Assembly (NCBI RefSeq): GCF_051860475.1
Contig: NZ_JBHYDW010000006.1
Location: forward strand, 3,174 to 67,173
From: Elioraea sp.
Lineage (GTDB): Bacteria > Pseudomonadota > Alphaproteobacteria > Acetobacterales > Acetobacteraceae
Direction: 5' to 3'
DNA: 64,000 nucleotides
Part shown: in pieces, positions 56,277 to 64,000 of the stretch
How positions within the stretch are numbered: position 1 is the first letter of the stretch
How the letters are laid out: each line of letters starts with the position of its first letter
Notes under the pieces: generated by a model
What the model was told of the DNA's origin: nothing
Databases searched by the model: none
The model's input: the letters and a program-made list of their open reading frames with translations, nothing else
Position numbers and translations under genes: made by a program

Positions 56277-56461
56277 GGGACTCTACTGACACAGCCTAAT
56301 AGCAAGGTATTAGAAGGGTATTATTAGAGTCGTCAGTAGAGTCCCCTGGATAACCCCGAGTCGTGTCAGCAGGGTCCCAACCCGCGTCAGGAGAGTCCCC
56401 GGGATATTTCGGTAGCCTTGTGGATAACTCGGCGGACACAGGGCGTCAGTAGAGTCCCAAC
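56277..56461. other. Iteron-type replication origin (oriV)
   Basis: Iteron GTCAGTAGAGTCCC at 56277-56290 (inverted), 56332-56345, 56365-56378, 56386-56399 and 56445-56458, plus an extra copy at 55287-55300. AT-rich 56296-56329. Perfect DnaA box TGTGGATAA at 56419-56427. Confidence 0.85.
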
Positions 56462-56582
56462 CGCATGCCTGCGCCCCCGAGTCGCCGCATGGCCGCCGTT
56501 CCTCACCCGTGGCAGTCTCCGCTCGCCGCGGCGGTGCCGCTCCCCGCCGGCATCAGCCGGCCGCGGCTCCGATGAGGCCCGC

Positions 56583-57716
56583 ATGAGGATCGCGATCGTC
56601 GGCCCGTTCTTCTGGCCGCAGCTGGAAGGCGTGGAGAAGGTGATGCTGAACCACGCCCGCCACCTCGCCCGGCGCGGCCACGAGGTGCATGTGGTGGCGA
56701 GCGCGCTGCAGTTCCCCAAGGGCGAATTCGTCGGCCTGCCCGAGCGCGAGCAGCACGAGGGCTTCACCATCCACCGCATGCGCGTGCTGATGCGGGCCCC
56801 CAACTGGCGCTTCTTCTATCTCGCCAATGGCGGGGTCGTGATCCGCGGCATCGGCGCGACGCTGCGGCGGATCGATCCGGAAATCCTGCACGCACACCAG
56901 ATCGCCGCCCCGGCCTGGGCCTTCGCGGCGGCGTGGTATGCGCGCACCCGCCGGCGGAGGTTCTTCTACTCCCCACATCACCACCCGGATGCGGTGCTCG
57001 ACCGGTGGTTCCGCAACCTGCTGCTGCACGGGCTCAACCGGCTGCCGCTCTCGATCGCGCGCCGGGTGTTCCACCTGACCGCCAACGACTACGAGCCCTT
57101 TGCACGCGAATACCCCTATGTCCCCCGCGCGCGCTTCGCGGTGCTGCCGAACGGGGTCGATCCGGCGCCGCTTGTGCATGTCCCGCCGGCGCCCGGCTCG
57201 CTCCGGCTGCTGTTCGTCGGCCGGGTCGATGACCGGCGCAAGGGCTTCGACCTCTTGCGCCGCGCCTTCGCCGAGACCCGCCGGCCGGGCTGGGTGCTGA
57301 CCGTGATCGGCCGCGTCTCGGATGCCACCCGGGAGGCGCTCGCCGCCGAGTTCGGCCCGGCGGTGCGCGTGCTCGGTCCGGTGGACGAGCGGGCGCTCGA
57401 GCGCGAATACGCCGCCTGCGACCTGTTCGTCATGCCCTCGCGCTACGAGGGTTTCGGCATGCCGTACATCGAGGCAATGCGTTACGGTGCAGCGGTGATC
57501 GGCACGGCGGTCGGCGGCGTGCCCGAGGTGGTGCCGCCGGGGACCGGGGTGCTGGTCGCGGTCGATGACGGCGCCGGGCTCGCCGCGGCCCTCGCCCGGC
57601 TGGGCAACGACCCGGACGAACGGGCACGGCTGGGCGAGGCCGGGCGGGCCTGGGCGGCGCGGTTCCACTGGGACCGCATCGTCGACATGCTGGAGGCGGA
57701 GTACGCCGCAGCATGA
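56583..57716 (+). CDS. Glycosyltransferase family 4, 377 aa
   Basis: MRIAIVGPFFWP...GVE, LLFVGRVDDRRKG, PSRYEGFGMPYIEAM. Confidence 0.93.
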   Translation: MRIAIVGPFFWPQLEGVEKVMLNHARHLARRGHEVHVVASALQFPKGEFVGLPEREQHEGFTIHRMRVLMRAPNWRFFYLANGGVVIRGIGATLRRIDPEILHAHQIAAPAWAFAAAWYARTRRRRFFYSPHHHPDAVLDRWFRNLLLHGLNRLPLSIARRVFHLTANDYEPFAREYPYVPRARFAVLPNGVDPAPLVHVPPAPGSLRLLFVGRVDDRRKGFDLLRRAFAETRRPGWVLTVIGRVSDATREALAAEFGPAVRVLGPVDERALEREYAACDLFVMPSRYEGFGMPYIEAMRYGAAVIGTAVGGVPEVVPPGTGVLVAVDDGAGLAAALARLGNDPDERARLGEAGRAWAARFHWDRIVDMLEAEYAAA

Positions 57717-59974
57717 CCGGCGATGCGGCGGGGGGGAGGGGGCACGTGCGTGTCCTGCACATCTACCGGCGCTTCCACCCGGACTACACCGGCGACGGGA
57801 TCTATTTCACCCGGCTGATCCCGCTGATCGCCGAGCACGCGGTGGACGGCGAGGTGCTGGTGCACGAGACCGACCCGGGCGAGGGGCCGGCGACGGTGCA
57901 GCACCGCGGCGTCACCGTGCACTACCTCGCCAGGACCTATGGCCGGGTCTCGGCGCTCAACCTCGCCCGCTGGCTGATCCGCAACATCTGGCGCTTCCAG
58001 CTCATCCACCTCCATTCGCATGTCGACCGCACCTTCCTCACCTACGCGCTCGCGCGCGCCTGCGGCCGCCGCGTGCTGTTCTCCTGCACGCTCGACGACA
58101 GCCCGAGCCAGCTGCTTGAGCAGTACCGCCCGCGCTACCGGCGCCTCGTGCGCGCGCTGATGCGCACGATCGACCGGTTCGTGGTGATCAGCCCGCAGCT
58201 CCTGCGCCGGTCGCTCGAGATCGTGCCGCGCCCGCGCACCTGGTTCGTCCCCCAGGGCGGGGTGCTGGAGGCGGCCGAGCACAACGCGGAGGACCGCGCG
58301 CGGCTGCGCGCCGAGCTCGGCTTCAGCCCGGACGACGTGGTGCTGCTGAATGTCGGCTCGCTCTCGCGGCGCAAGAACATCGCCTGGCTGATCGACGCGC
58401 TCGCGCTGATCCCCGATCCCGCGGTGCGGCTGGTGGTGGTCGGGCCCGCGCTCGAGCCCGACTACACCGCCGAGCTCGAGCAGAAGATCTGCACCCACGG
58501 GCTTGGTGGCCGGGTCGTGCTGGCCGGGTTCCAGGACCGCACCGACGCCTTCTACGCCGCGGCGGACGCCTTCGTGTTCGCCTCGACCGCGGAAGGCTTC
58601 CCGAACGTCTATGTCGAGGCGATGGCGCACGGGCTGCCGATCATCACCCGGTTCCTGCCGGGGCTCACCGACTTCATCATCTCGCACGGCGAGAATGGCT
58701 TCCTCGCCCACCAGCCCGGCCAGTTCGTCGAGGCGGTGCTGGCGCTGCGCGACACGCCGGGGCTTGCCCGGCGGCTGGGCGCGGCCAGCCGGCGCTTCGC
58801 CGAGCGGAATCTCGACCTCAGCCGGATCGCCGGCGCCTATGCCATGCTCTACCGCGCGCCGCGCGGGCCCGGGCCGGACGCCTCGGCCGCCTTCCCGGAC
58901 CTCAGGCCGCGCTTCACCCGCGATCTCGCCCAGGGTCCGGCGGCGATCGGACTCGCGGAGTTCGACACGCCCGCGGACTGGCCGCCGATGCTGCAGGTGG
59001 TGATCGACACCGAGGCCGCCTTCGAGTGGGACAAGGGCACCTACACCGACACCGGCAAGGTCGCGCCGACCCGCGGGCTTCAGGTCAATCTCGACGTGTT
59101 CCGCCGCTACGGCGTGCTGCCCTGCCTGGTGGTCGACACCCCGGTGGCGAGCCAGGAGGAGAGTGCGGGGATCATCCGCGGGCTCGCCGCCGAGGGCTGT
59201 GAGATCGGCGTCCATCTCCATCCCTGGAGCGCGCCGCCGGTGGTCGAGCCGAAGGACGACTGGCACTCCTTCTCGGGCAATCTCGGGCCGTGGCTCGAAC
59301 GCACCAAGCTCGAGGCGCTGACCCGCCAGGTGACGGCCCTGCTCGGCGCGCGCCCGCGCATCTTCAAGGCCGGGCGGTACGGGCTCAGCGCCGACACGGT
59401 CGAGCTGCTCGAGACGCTCGGCTTCGAGATCGATCTCAGCGTCTGCCCGTTCTACGACTACGCGCCGATGGGCGGGCCCGACTTCCGCCGCTTCACCGCC
59501 CGGCCCGGCTGGCTCGGCGCGAACCGGCGCATCCTGTCGCTGCCGACCACGGCCGGGCCGATCGGCTGGCTCGCCGGGCAGGCCGGCACGCTCGGCGCGC
59601 TCGCGCGGAGTCCGCTCGGCCGGCTGCTGCCGATCAGCCGTCTGGCCGCGCGCGCCAATGCGGTCTATCCGCTCAGGCTCTCGCCCGAGGGCAGCAGCTT
59701 CGCGCAGATGCGCGAGCTCACCGAGCGGCGGCTGCACCAGGGCCTGCGCGTGTTCACGCTGACCCTGCACAGCCCGACCCTGATGCCGGGCAACACCCCC
59801 TATACCCGCACCGAGGCCGAGCTCGCCGGGCTGCTGGACACGATCGACCGCTATCTCGGCTTCTTCCGCGACACGCTCGGCGGCCGTTTTACCACGCCGT
59901 CGGAGCTGCACGCGCGGCTGAGCGCCTTCGCCGGCCGCGCGCCCGCCCCTCCGGTTGCGGCGGCGGCGGACTGA
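57713..59974 (+). CDS. Fusion of a GT4 glycosyltransferase and a WalW-like polysaccharide deacetylase (753 aa)
   Basis: N-terminal half has NVGSLSRRKN and STAEGFPNVYVEAMA. C-terminal half has VVIDTE, EIGVHLHPW, FKAGRYG and LTLHSPTLMPG.TPY. Confidence 0.85.
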   Translation: MTGDAAGGRGHVRVLHIYRRFHPDYTGDGIYFTRLIPLIAEHAVDGEVLVHETDPGEGPATVQHRGVTVHYLARTYGRVSALNLARWLIRNIWRFQLIHLHSHVDRTFLTYALARACGRRVLFSCTLDDSPSQLLEQYRPRYRRLVRALMRTIDRFVVISPQLLRRSLEIVPRPRTWFVPQGGVLEAAEHNAEDRARLRAELGFSPDDVVLLNVGSLSRRKNIAWLIDALALIPDPAVRLVVVGPALEPDYTAELEQKICTHGLGGRVVLAGFQDRTDAFYAAADAFVFASTAEGFPNVYVEAMAHGLPIITRFLPGLTDFIISHGENGFLAHQPGQFVEAVLALRDTPGLARRLGAASRRFAERNLDLSRIAGAYAMLYRAPRGPGPDASAAFPDLRPRFTRDLAQGPAAIGLAEFDTPADWPPMLQVVIDTEAAFEWDKGTYTDTGKVAPTRGLQVNLDVFRRYGVLPCLVVDTPVASQEESAGIIRGLAAEGCEIGVHLHPWSAPPVVEPKDDWHSFSGNLGPWLERTKLEALTRQVTALLGARPRIFKAGRYGLSADTVELLETLGFEIDLSVCPFYDYAPMGGPDFRRFTARPGWLGANRRILSLPTTAGPIGWLAGQAGTLGALARSPLGRLLPISRLAARANAVYPLRLSPEGSSFAQMRELTERRLHQGLRVFTLTLHSPTLMPGNTPYTRTEAELAGLLDTIDRYLGFFRDTLGGRFTTPSELHARLSAFAGRAPAPPVAAAAD

Positions 59975-59985
59975 CCGGCCGGTCC

Positions 59986-61047
59986 GTGGCGGGGCTCGCC
60001 GTCGCGGCCGGTCCGGTCCGCGATCCCGCCGCCCTGGAACGGCTCTGGCGCGGGCTCGAGGCCGAGGCGGGCCCGATCCCGCCGTTCCGCGCCTGGACCT
60101 GGATCGGCTGCCTCGCCGAGGAGCGCTACCGCGATCCCTGGCTGGTCCGCGCCGAGGCGGGCGGGCGGATCGTGGGGCTGGCGCTGTTCAGCCGCCGCCG
60201 CGGTCGGTTCTGCCTCGCCGAGAGCGGCGATGCCGTGCTGGACGCGCCCTTCATCGAGCACAACGCCCCGCTCGTCGCCGCCGATGCCGGGCCGGAGGTC
60301 GCGGCCTCACTCATGCGCGCGGCCTGGGGCGCGGGTGCGCGCCGGCTCGTGCTGTCGGGGGTGGAGGAGGGGCTCGCCGCGGCCGCGGGCGGGGTGGCGC
60401 TGCGCCGGCAGATCCGGCCGGCGCCCTTCGTCGCGCTCGACCGCGTGCGCGCCTCGGGCGATCCGCTCGCCCATCTCAGCGCCAATGCGCGCGGCCAGCT
60501 CCGCCGGTCGCTGCGCCGCTTCGCCGAGGCGGGCGAGGTCGTGCTCACCCGCGCCGGGACGGAGGCGGAGGCGCTCGCCTGGCTTGAGGCGCTGATCGCG
60601 CTGCATCAGCGGAGCTGGCAGGCGCGCGGCAAGCCCGGTGCCTTCGCCGATCCGTTCATGCGCCGCTTCCACCGCGAACTGGTCGCGCGCGCGCTGCCGC
60701 GGGGCGAGGTGGACCTGCTGCGCCTCGCCGCGGGCCCGGACGTGCTCGGCTATCTCTACAATCTCCGCCGCGACGGGCATGTCTGCGCCTACCAGTCCGG
60801 GTTCGACCCGGCCGCGGCGGACCCGCACCGCAAGCCGGGGCTGGTCGCGCATCTGCTGGCGATCGGCCGCGCGGCCGGGGAGGGGATGGCAGTCTACGAC
60901 TTCCTCGCCGGCGAGGACCGCTACAAGCGCAGCCTCGCCACCGGCAGCCGTGATCTCGTCTGGACCGAGCTCGTCCGTCCGCGCTCGCCGCTCGCCCTCG
61001 CCGCCTGGCTCAGGGGGTGTCTCGGGCGGCGTCTCGGGCGCGGCTGA
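59986..61047 (+). CDS. GNAT acyltransferase (CelD/BcsL-like), about 353 aa
   Basis: PPFRAWTWIG, FIEHNAPL, LSANARGQLRRSLR, YQSGF, KPGLVAH, YDFLAGEDRYKRSL. Start approximate. Confidence 0.85.
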   Translation: MAGLAVAAGPVRDPAALERLWRGLEAEAGPIPPFRAWTWIGCLAEERYRDPWLVRAEAGGRIVGLALFSRRRGRFCLAESGDAVLDAPFIEHNAPLVAADAGPEVAASLMRAAWGAGARRLVLSGVEEGLAAAAGGVALRRQIRPAPFVALDRVRASGDPLAHLSANARGQLRRSLRRFAEAGEVVLTRAGTEAEALAWLEALIALHQRSWQARGKPGAFADPFMRRFHRELVARALPRGEVDLLRLAAGPDVLGYLYNLRRDGHVCAYQSGFDPAAADPHRKPGLVAHLLAIGRAAGEGMAVYDFLAGEDRYKRSLATGSRDLVWTELVRPRSPLALAAWLRGCLGRRLGRG

Positions 61048-61885
61048 CCCGGCGCCGCGCCGCCGCGAGGCCGAGCAGGCCGAGCCCCAGCAGCGCGAGG
61101 CTCGCGGGCTCGGGCACGGCGGTCGCGGGTTCCGCCTGGGACGGCCCGGGATCGGGGCCGCCTGTGCCGGGCGCAGCGATGGCGGCAAGCGGGGCATCAG
61201 GCCCCTCGGTGCCCGGACCCGGCGGGTCCAGGCCGGGGACCGCCGGTTCGTCGGGCTTGGTGTCCGCGATGTCGACCACGGGGATCAGGCTGCCCGGCGG
61301 GTCGGCATCGGCCTGTCCATCGGGCGCCGGCGGGGTGTCGCCACCCGGACCCTGCGGGTCGTTGGCGCCGGCCGGGCCGCCGCCCCCGGCGGCGCTGCCG
61401 TCCGGACCGCTCCCCGCGCTCCCACCTGACCCGCCGCCGGACCCTCCGGCCCCGCTGCCCGTTCCGCCGCCGCCCGATCCGCCGCCCGATCCGCCGCCCG
61501 ATCCGCCACCGCCGCCGCCGAAGCCGGCGAGCGTGAACGGATCGTGTCCGCCCCCGCCACCGGCGCCGCCGCCCGGCCCGCCGGGGGGAGGATCGCCCAG
61601 GACCAGCCCGTCACCCCCGGCCTCGTCCGCGGGACGGTCGTCCGGCGCGACCGGATCGGCCGGGTCCTTCCAGCCGCCCGGCCCGGTTCCCGGCGGGCCG
61701 CTCAGCAGTTCCAGCACGAACCCGGTGCGCCCGCCCGGTGCCGCGGCGGACCGCGCCGGCGCGGCCCAGTCCTCCATGGCCGGGCCGAACACGGCCGCCG
61801 GCTGGGACAGCATCGTGCTGGCGAGCAGCAGGGCGAGCGGCGGTCCGGCGAGCAGGCGGCGGAGCCTTGAACGGGAGTGGCGCAT
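61010..61885 (-). CDS. Low-complexity Gly/Ser/Pro-rich PEP-CTERM protein, 291 aa
   Basis: VPEPASLALLGLGLLGLAAARRR near the C-terminus. GGGSGGGSGGGSGGGG tract encoded by 12-bp repeats near 61466-61505. Confidence 0.85.
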   Translation of the reverse strand: MRHSRSRLRRLLAGPPLALLLASTMLSQPAAVFGPAMEDWAAPARSAAAPGGRTGFVLELLSGPPGTGPGGWKDPADPVAPDDRPADEAGGDGLVLGDPPPGGPGGGAGGGGGHDPFTLAGFGGGGGGSGGGSGGGSGGGGTGSGAGGSGGGSGGSAGSGPDGSAAGGGGPAGANDPQGPGGDTPPAPDGQADADPPGSLIPVVDIADTKPDEPAVPGLDPPGPGTEGPDAPLAAIAAPGTGGPDPGPSQAEPATAVPEPASLALLGLGLLGLAAARRRVSRARDAARDTP

Positions 61886-61940
61886 GACGGTGTCGATTCG
61901 TGTCTGGCGTGCAGTGAATCCCTGTTTTGCAAGAGGTCAT

Positions 61941-62034
61941 GCGAGTTCCGTGCCAGGAAAGCATATTCTTTTCAAGACAAGTCACTATCACTGCGTCATC
62001 GTAGCGTCTTCAGCAGGTGTAAAGAAAACTGACA
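61941..62034 (-). promoter_or_regulatory. PEP-CTERM box plus sigma-54 promoter
   Basis: Minus strand TGTCAGTTTTCTTTACA (62018-62034) and TGGCACGGAACTCGC (61941-61955). Confidence 0.78.
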
Positions 62035-62168
62035 TGCAGCCGAGACGCGTATGATTGGGATTGCCATGCCCGCGGACCCGCATCGCCGCACCGGAACGAA
62101 CCCGGACACCCGTCAACGCTCAATCCCCCATGCACGCAAGGGTCCGGGTGAGGGCAGGGACCAACGCA

Positions 62169-62198
62169 AAGGGCCGGGAGGTTGCCCTCCCGGCCCTT
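62169..62198 (-). terminator. Terminator hairpin
   Basis: Minus strand aagggccgggagg-gcaa-cctcccggccctt. An identical stem lies at 63469-63498. Confidence 0.8.
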
Positions 62199-62243
62199 GC
62201 GGCGCGCGGCGGCCGGTGTGGCTGCCCGTCCCTGGTCAGCGTG

Positions 62244-63260
62244 TCAGGCGCGGCGCCGGCGCGCCGCGAAGCCGAGGCCCAGGAGGCCCATGCCGAGCAG
62301 CGCGAGGCTCGCCGGCTCGGGCACGGTGGTGGGCGGCGGAGGTGGCGGGGGTGGCGGCGCGGCAAAGCCGCTCACCATCAGCACCTGGTTGCCGGCACCG
62401 AAGGTGAAGGTCGAGAACAGGAAGGCGCCGGTCAGCGGATCGATCACCGCGCCCTCGGCGCCGGTGAGCCCGGTGATGAACGGCGTGCAGGTGGCACCGA
62501 CCGGCAGGCCGTTGGTGTCGATCCCGCAGGCATCCACGCGGTTGGCGCTCCAGAGCGAGACGAGCGCCGTGTCCGGGCCGAAATCCGGGCTGCCCGGTGG
62601 CACGTAGACGATGCCCTCCGGCCCGCCGGGGGTGTTGGTCAGCGCCGTGAGCCCGCTGATGTCGTAGGTGCCGAAGCCGTCTGGGGTGAGCGTGGCGACG
62701 CCCCAGTTGCTCTGGTTGAAGCTGCCGACGACCATGTTGCCGGCGCCGGGGAAGCCGGCCGGGACGAACTGCAGCGTGCCAAGCGAGTTGAACGCGGCGG
62801 GCATGGTATCGACCCGGGCTGGGGCAACACCGCCCGGCAGGATCTGGCCGATCTGGTTGGTCGGAAAGGCAGAGTAGAACAGCACCCCGCCTGGGCCGAA
62901 GGCGAGGCCGCCGTCGATGTTCGGCGCCGAGGCGTAGAAGCTGACTGGGCCGGAGAAGCCGGTGATCAGCTGCGTGCCTGGGTCGCGCGTGAGGCCGACG
63001 CTGTAGATCGCGCCCGAGGCGTTGTTGGCGTTGCCGCCGATCAGCAGCGTGTTGTTGTTCAGGAAGGCGATGCCGCCGAACGGCGTCGGCAGGCCGGTCG
63101 GCGCGCCGAAGCTGGTCAGCGTGTAGTTGGCGTCGAACGGCGCGACGATGGTGGCAGCCTCGGCGCGCGGCAGGGCAGCAAGCCCGACCACCACCGCCGC
63201 CGCCATGGCCGTGCGCGCCAGCGGGCGCGCGAACCGGGCAACGACATCCTGAGCGTGCAT
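62244..63260 (-). CDS. PEP-CTERM surface protein with beta-propeller-like repeats, 338 aa
   Basis: GGGGAG RBS before ATG 63260. Signal peptide ending AEA. Repeats GIAF, DGGLAFGPGG, GPEGIVY, GAEGAVIDP. C-terminal VPEPASLALLGMGLLGLGFAARRRRA. Confidence 0.92.
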   Translation of the reverse strand: MHAQDVVARFARPLARTAMAAAVVVGLAALPRAEAATIVAPFDANYTLTSFGAPTGLPTPFGGIAFLNNNTLLIGGNANNASGAIYSVGLTRDPGTQLITGFSGPVSFYASAPNIDGGLAFGPGGVLFYSAFPTNQIGQILPGGVAPARVDTMPAAFNSLGTLQFVPAGFPGAGNMVVGSFNQSNWGVATLTPDGFGTYDISGLTALTNTPGGPEGIVYVPPGSPDFGPDTALVSLWSANRVDACGIDTNGLPVGATCTPFITGLTGAEGAVIDPLTGAFLFSTFTFGAGNQVLMVSGFAAPPPPPPPPPTTVPEPASLALLGMGLLGLGFAARRRRA

Positions 63261-63301
63261 CGTTGGTCTCCCCCGAGATTCCAAGATCGCCCGGAAGGCA
63301 G

Positions 63302-63396
63302 GCATGATTCATGCCATGCTGGGGAAGGGTTTCAGGTCAACGCGTTATCCAGGCCCCATCGGCGCGGGTGGCAGCGAGGTGTAAAGTTTTCCGACA
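63302..63396 (-). promoter_or_regulatory. PEP-CTERM box plus sigma-54 promoter
   Basis: Minus strand TGTCGGAAAACTTTACA (63380-63396) and TGGCATGAATCATGC (63302-63316). Confidence 0.82.
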
Positions 63397-63468
63397 CGCC
63401 CTCACCCTGTCCCTCGCCCTCTCCCCCTGGGGGAGGTCAGGGTGACGGTCGGCGGCAGGGCCAACGCG

Positions 63469-63498
63469 AAGGGCCGGGAGGTTGCCCTCCCGGCCCTT
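63469..63498 (-). terminator. Terminator hairpin (duplicate of 62169-62198)
   Basis: Same 13-bp stem and GCAA loop, exactly 1300 bp from the first copy. Confidence 0.8.
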
Positions 63499-63539
63499 GC
63501 TCACAGGCCGCCGTGGCGGCCTGTCCCCTGGTCAACGGG

Positions 63540-64000
63540 TCAGACGCGACGGCGGCGGGCGGCGTAGCCGAGGCCCAGCAGCCCCATGCCGAGCAGCGCG
63601 AGGCTCGCCGGCTCGGGCACGCCGATCGGGTTGAACACCACGTCGGCGCTGAACACGAGGCCGGCCTGGACGACGTTGCGGTCGGTGAAGAACACGTCGA
63701 TCCGGTTGGTGCCGGGCGTGAGGCCGGAGACCGTCACGGGGGCCGCGGTCAGCGGCTTCACCCCGCCGAGATCGACCACGAGCTGGCCGTTGATGAACAC
63801 CCAGGCGTCGTCGTCAGCGCCCATCGTGATGGTGATCTCGCCGCCGGCCGGCGCGTCGAACGTGCCGAACATGTGCAGCGCGAGGAAGCCGGTGGTGTTG
63901 TTCGGCCCGCCGCCCGGGAACAGGTTCGACGGCTGGTTGAACGGGATCGCCACCGGCGAGGAGTAGAACGGGTCGACCGCGACCGAGTAGTTCACCGGCC
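63540..64000 (-). CDS. PEP-CTERM protein with a fibro-slime/PA14-like domain (5' end outside the window)
   Basis: GADDDAWVFINGQLVVDLGGV...IDVFFTDR. C-terminal VPEPASLALLGMGLLGLGYAARRRRV. Confidence 0.9.
   Translation of the reverse strand, partial: PVNYSVAVDPFYSSPVAIPFNQPSNLFPGGGPNNTTGFLALHMFGTFDAPAGGEITITMGADDDAWVFINGQLVVDLGGVKPLTAAPVTVSGLTPGTNRIDVFFTDRNVVQAGLVFSADVVFNPIGVPEPASLALLGMGLLGLGYAARRRRV

Noticed and set aside
56277-56461. Repeats considered as a CRISPR array; also 39781-39868 and 61466-61505
   Set aside because: The units are 8-14 bp with no unique ~30-bp spacers and no cas genes. They are better explained as iterons, parS sites and coding repeats.

Overview
This is a high-GC window (about 70%+ by eye), probably from an alphaproteobacterium (Roseomonas/Elioraea-like gene style; inference). 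A near-complete exosortase A / PEP-CTERM exopolysaccharide (EPS) system dominates it. The parts are xrtA (partial, missing from the ORF track), the wza / chain-length / tyrosine-kinase / outer-membrane barrel / ATPase / deacetylase / FemAB operon, prsK-prsR-prsT, an O-antigen-ligase-like gene, wzx, about 9 glycosyltransferases, 6 methyltransferases, 2 GNAT acyltransferases and 6 PEP-CTERM cargo genes. Each complete cargo gene has a sigma-54 promoter and a 17-bp enhancer box at fixed spacing. An iteron-type repA/oriV with a DnaA box, a ParA/RHH partition pair with 8-bp centromere-like arrays, a serine recombinase and several toxin-antitoxin modules are interleaved, which suggests a plasmid or chromid. 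The most unusual observations are: (1) an enhancer plus sigma-54 promoter with no protein gene behind it, followed by a ~100-nt four-hairpin sequence and a terminator (candidate PrsR-regulated sRNA); (2) three paralogous genes of an uncharacterised lyase-like family, two giant multidomain proteins and one stand-alone Tat-exported N-terminal domain; (3) a candidate type I toxin mRNA with long-range Shine-Dalgarno sequestration. No rRNA, tRNA or CRISPR array was seen. Family names (TIGRFAM/Pfam) come from motif recognition and gene order, not from database searches.
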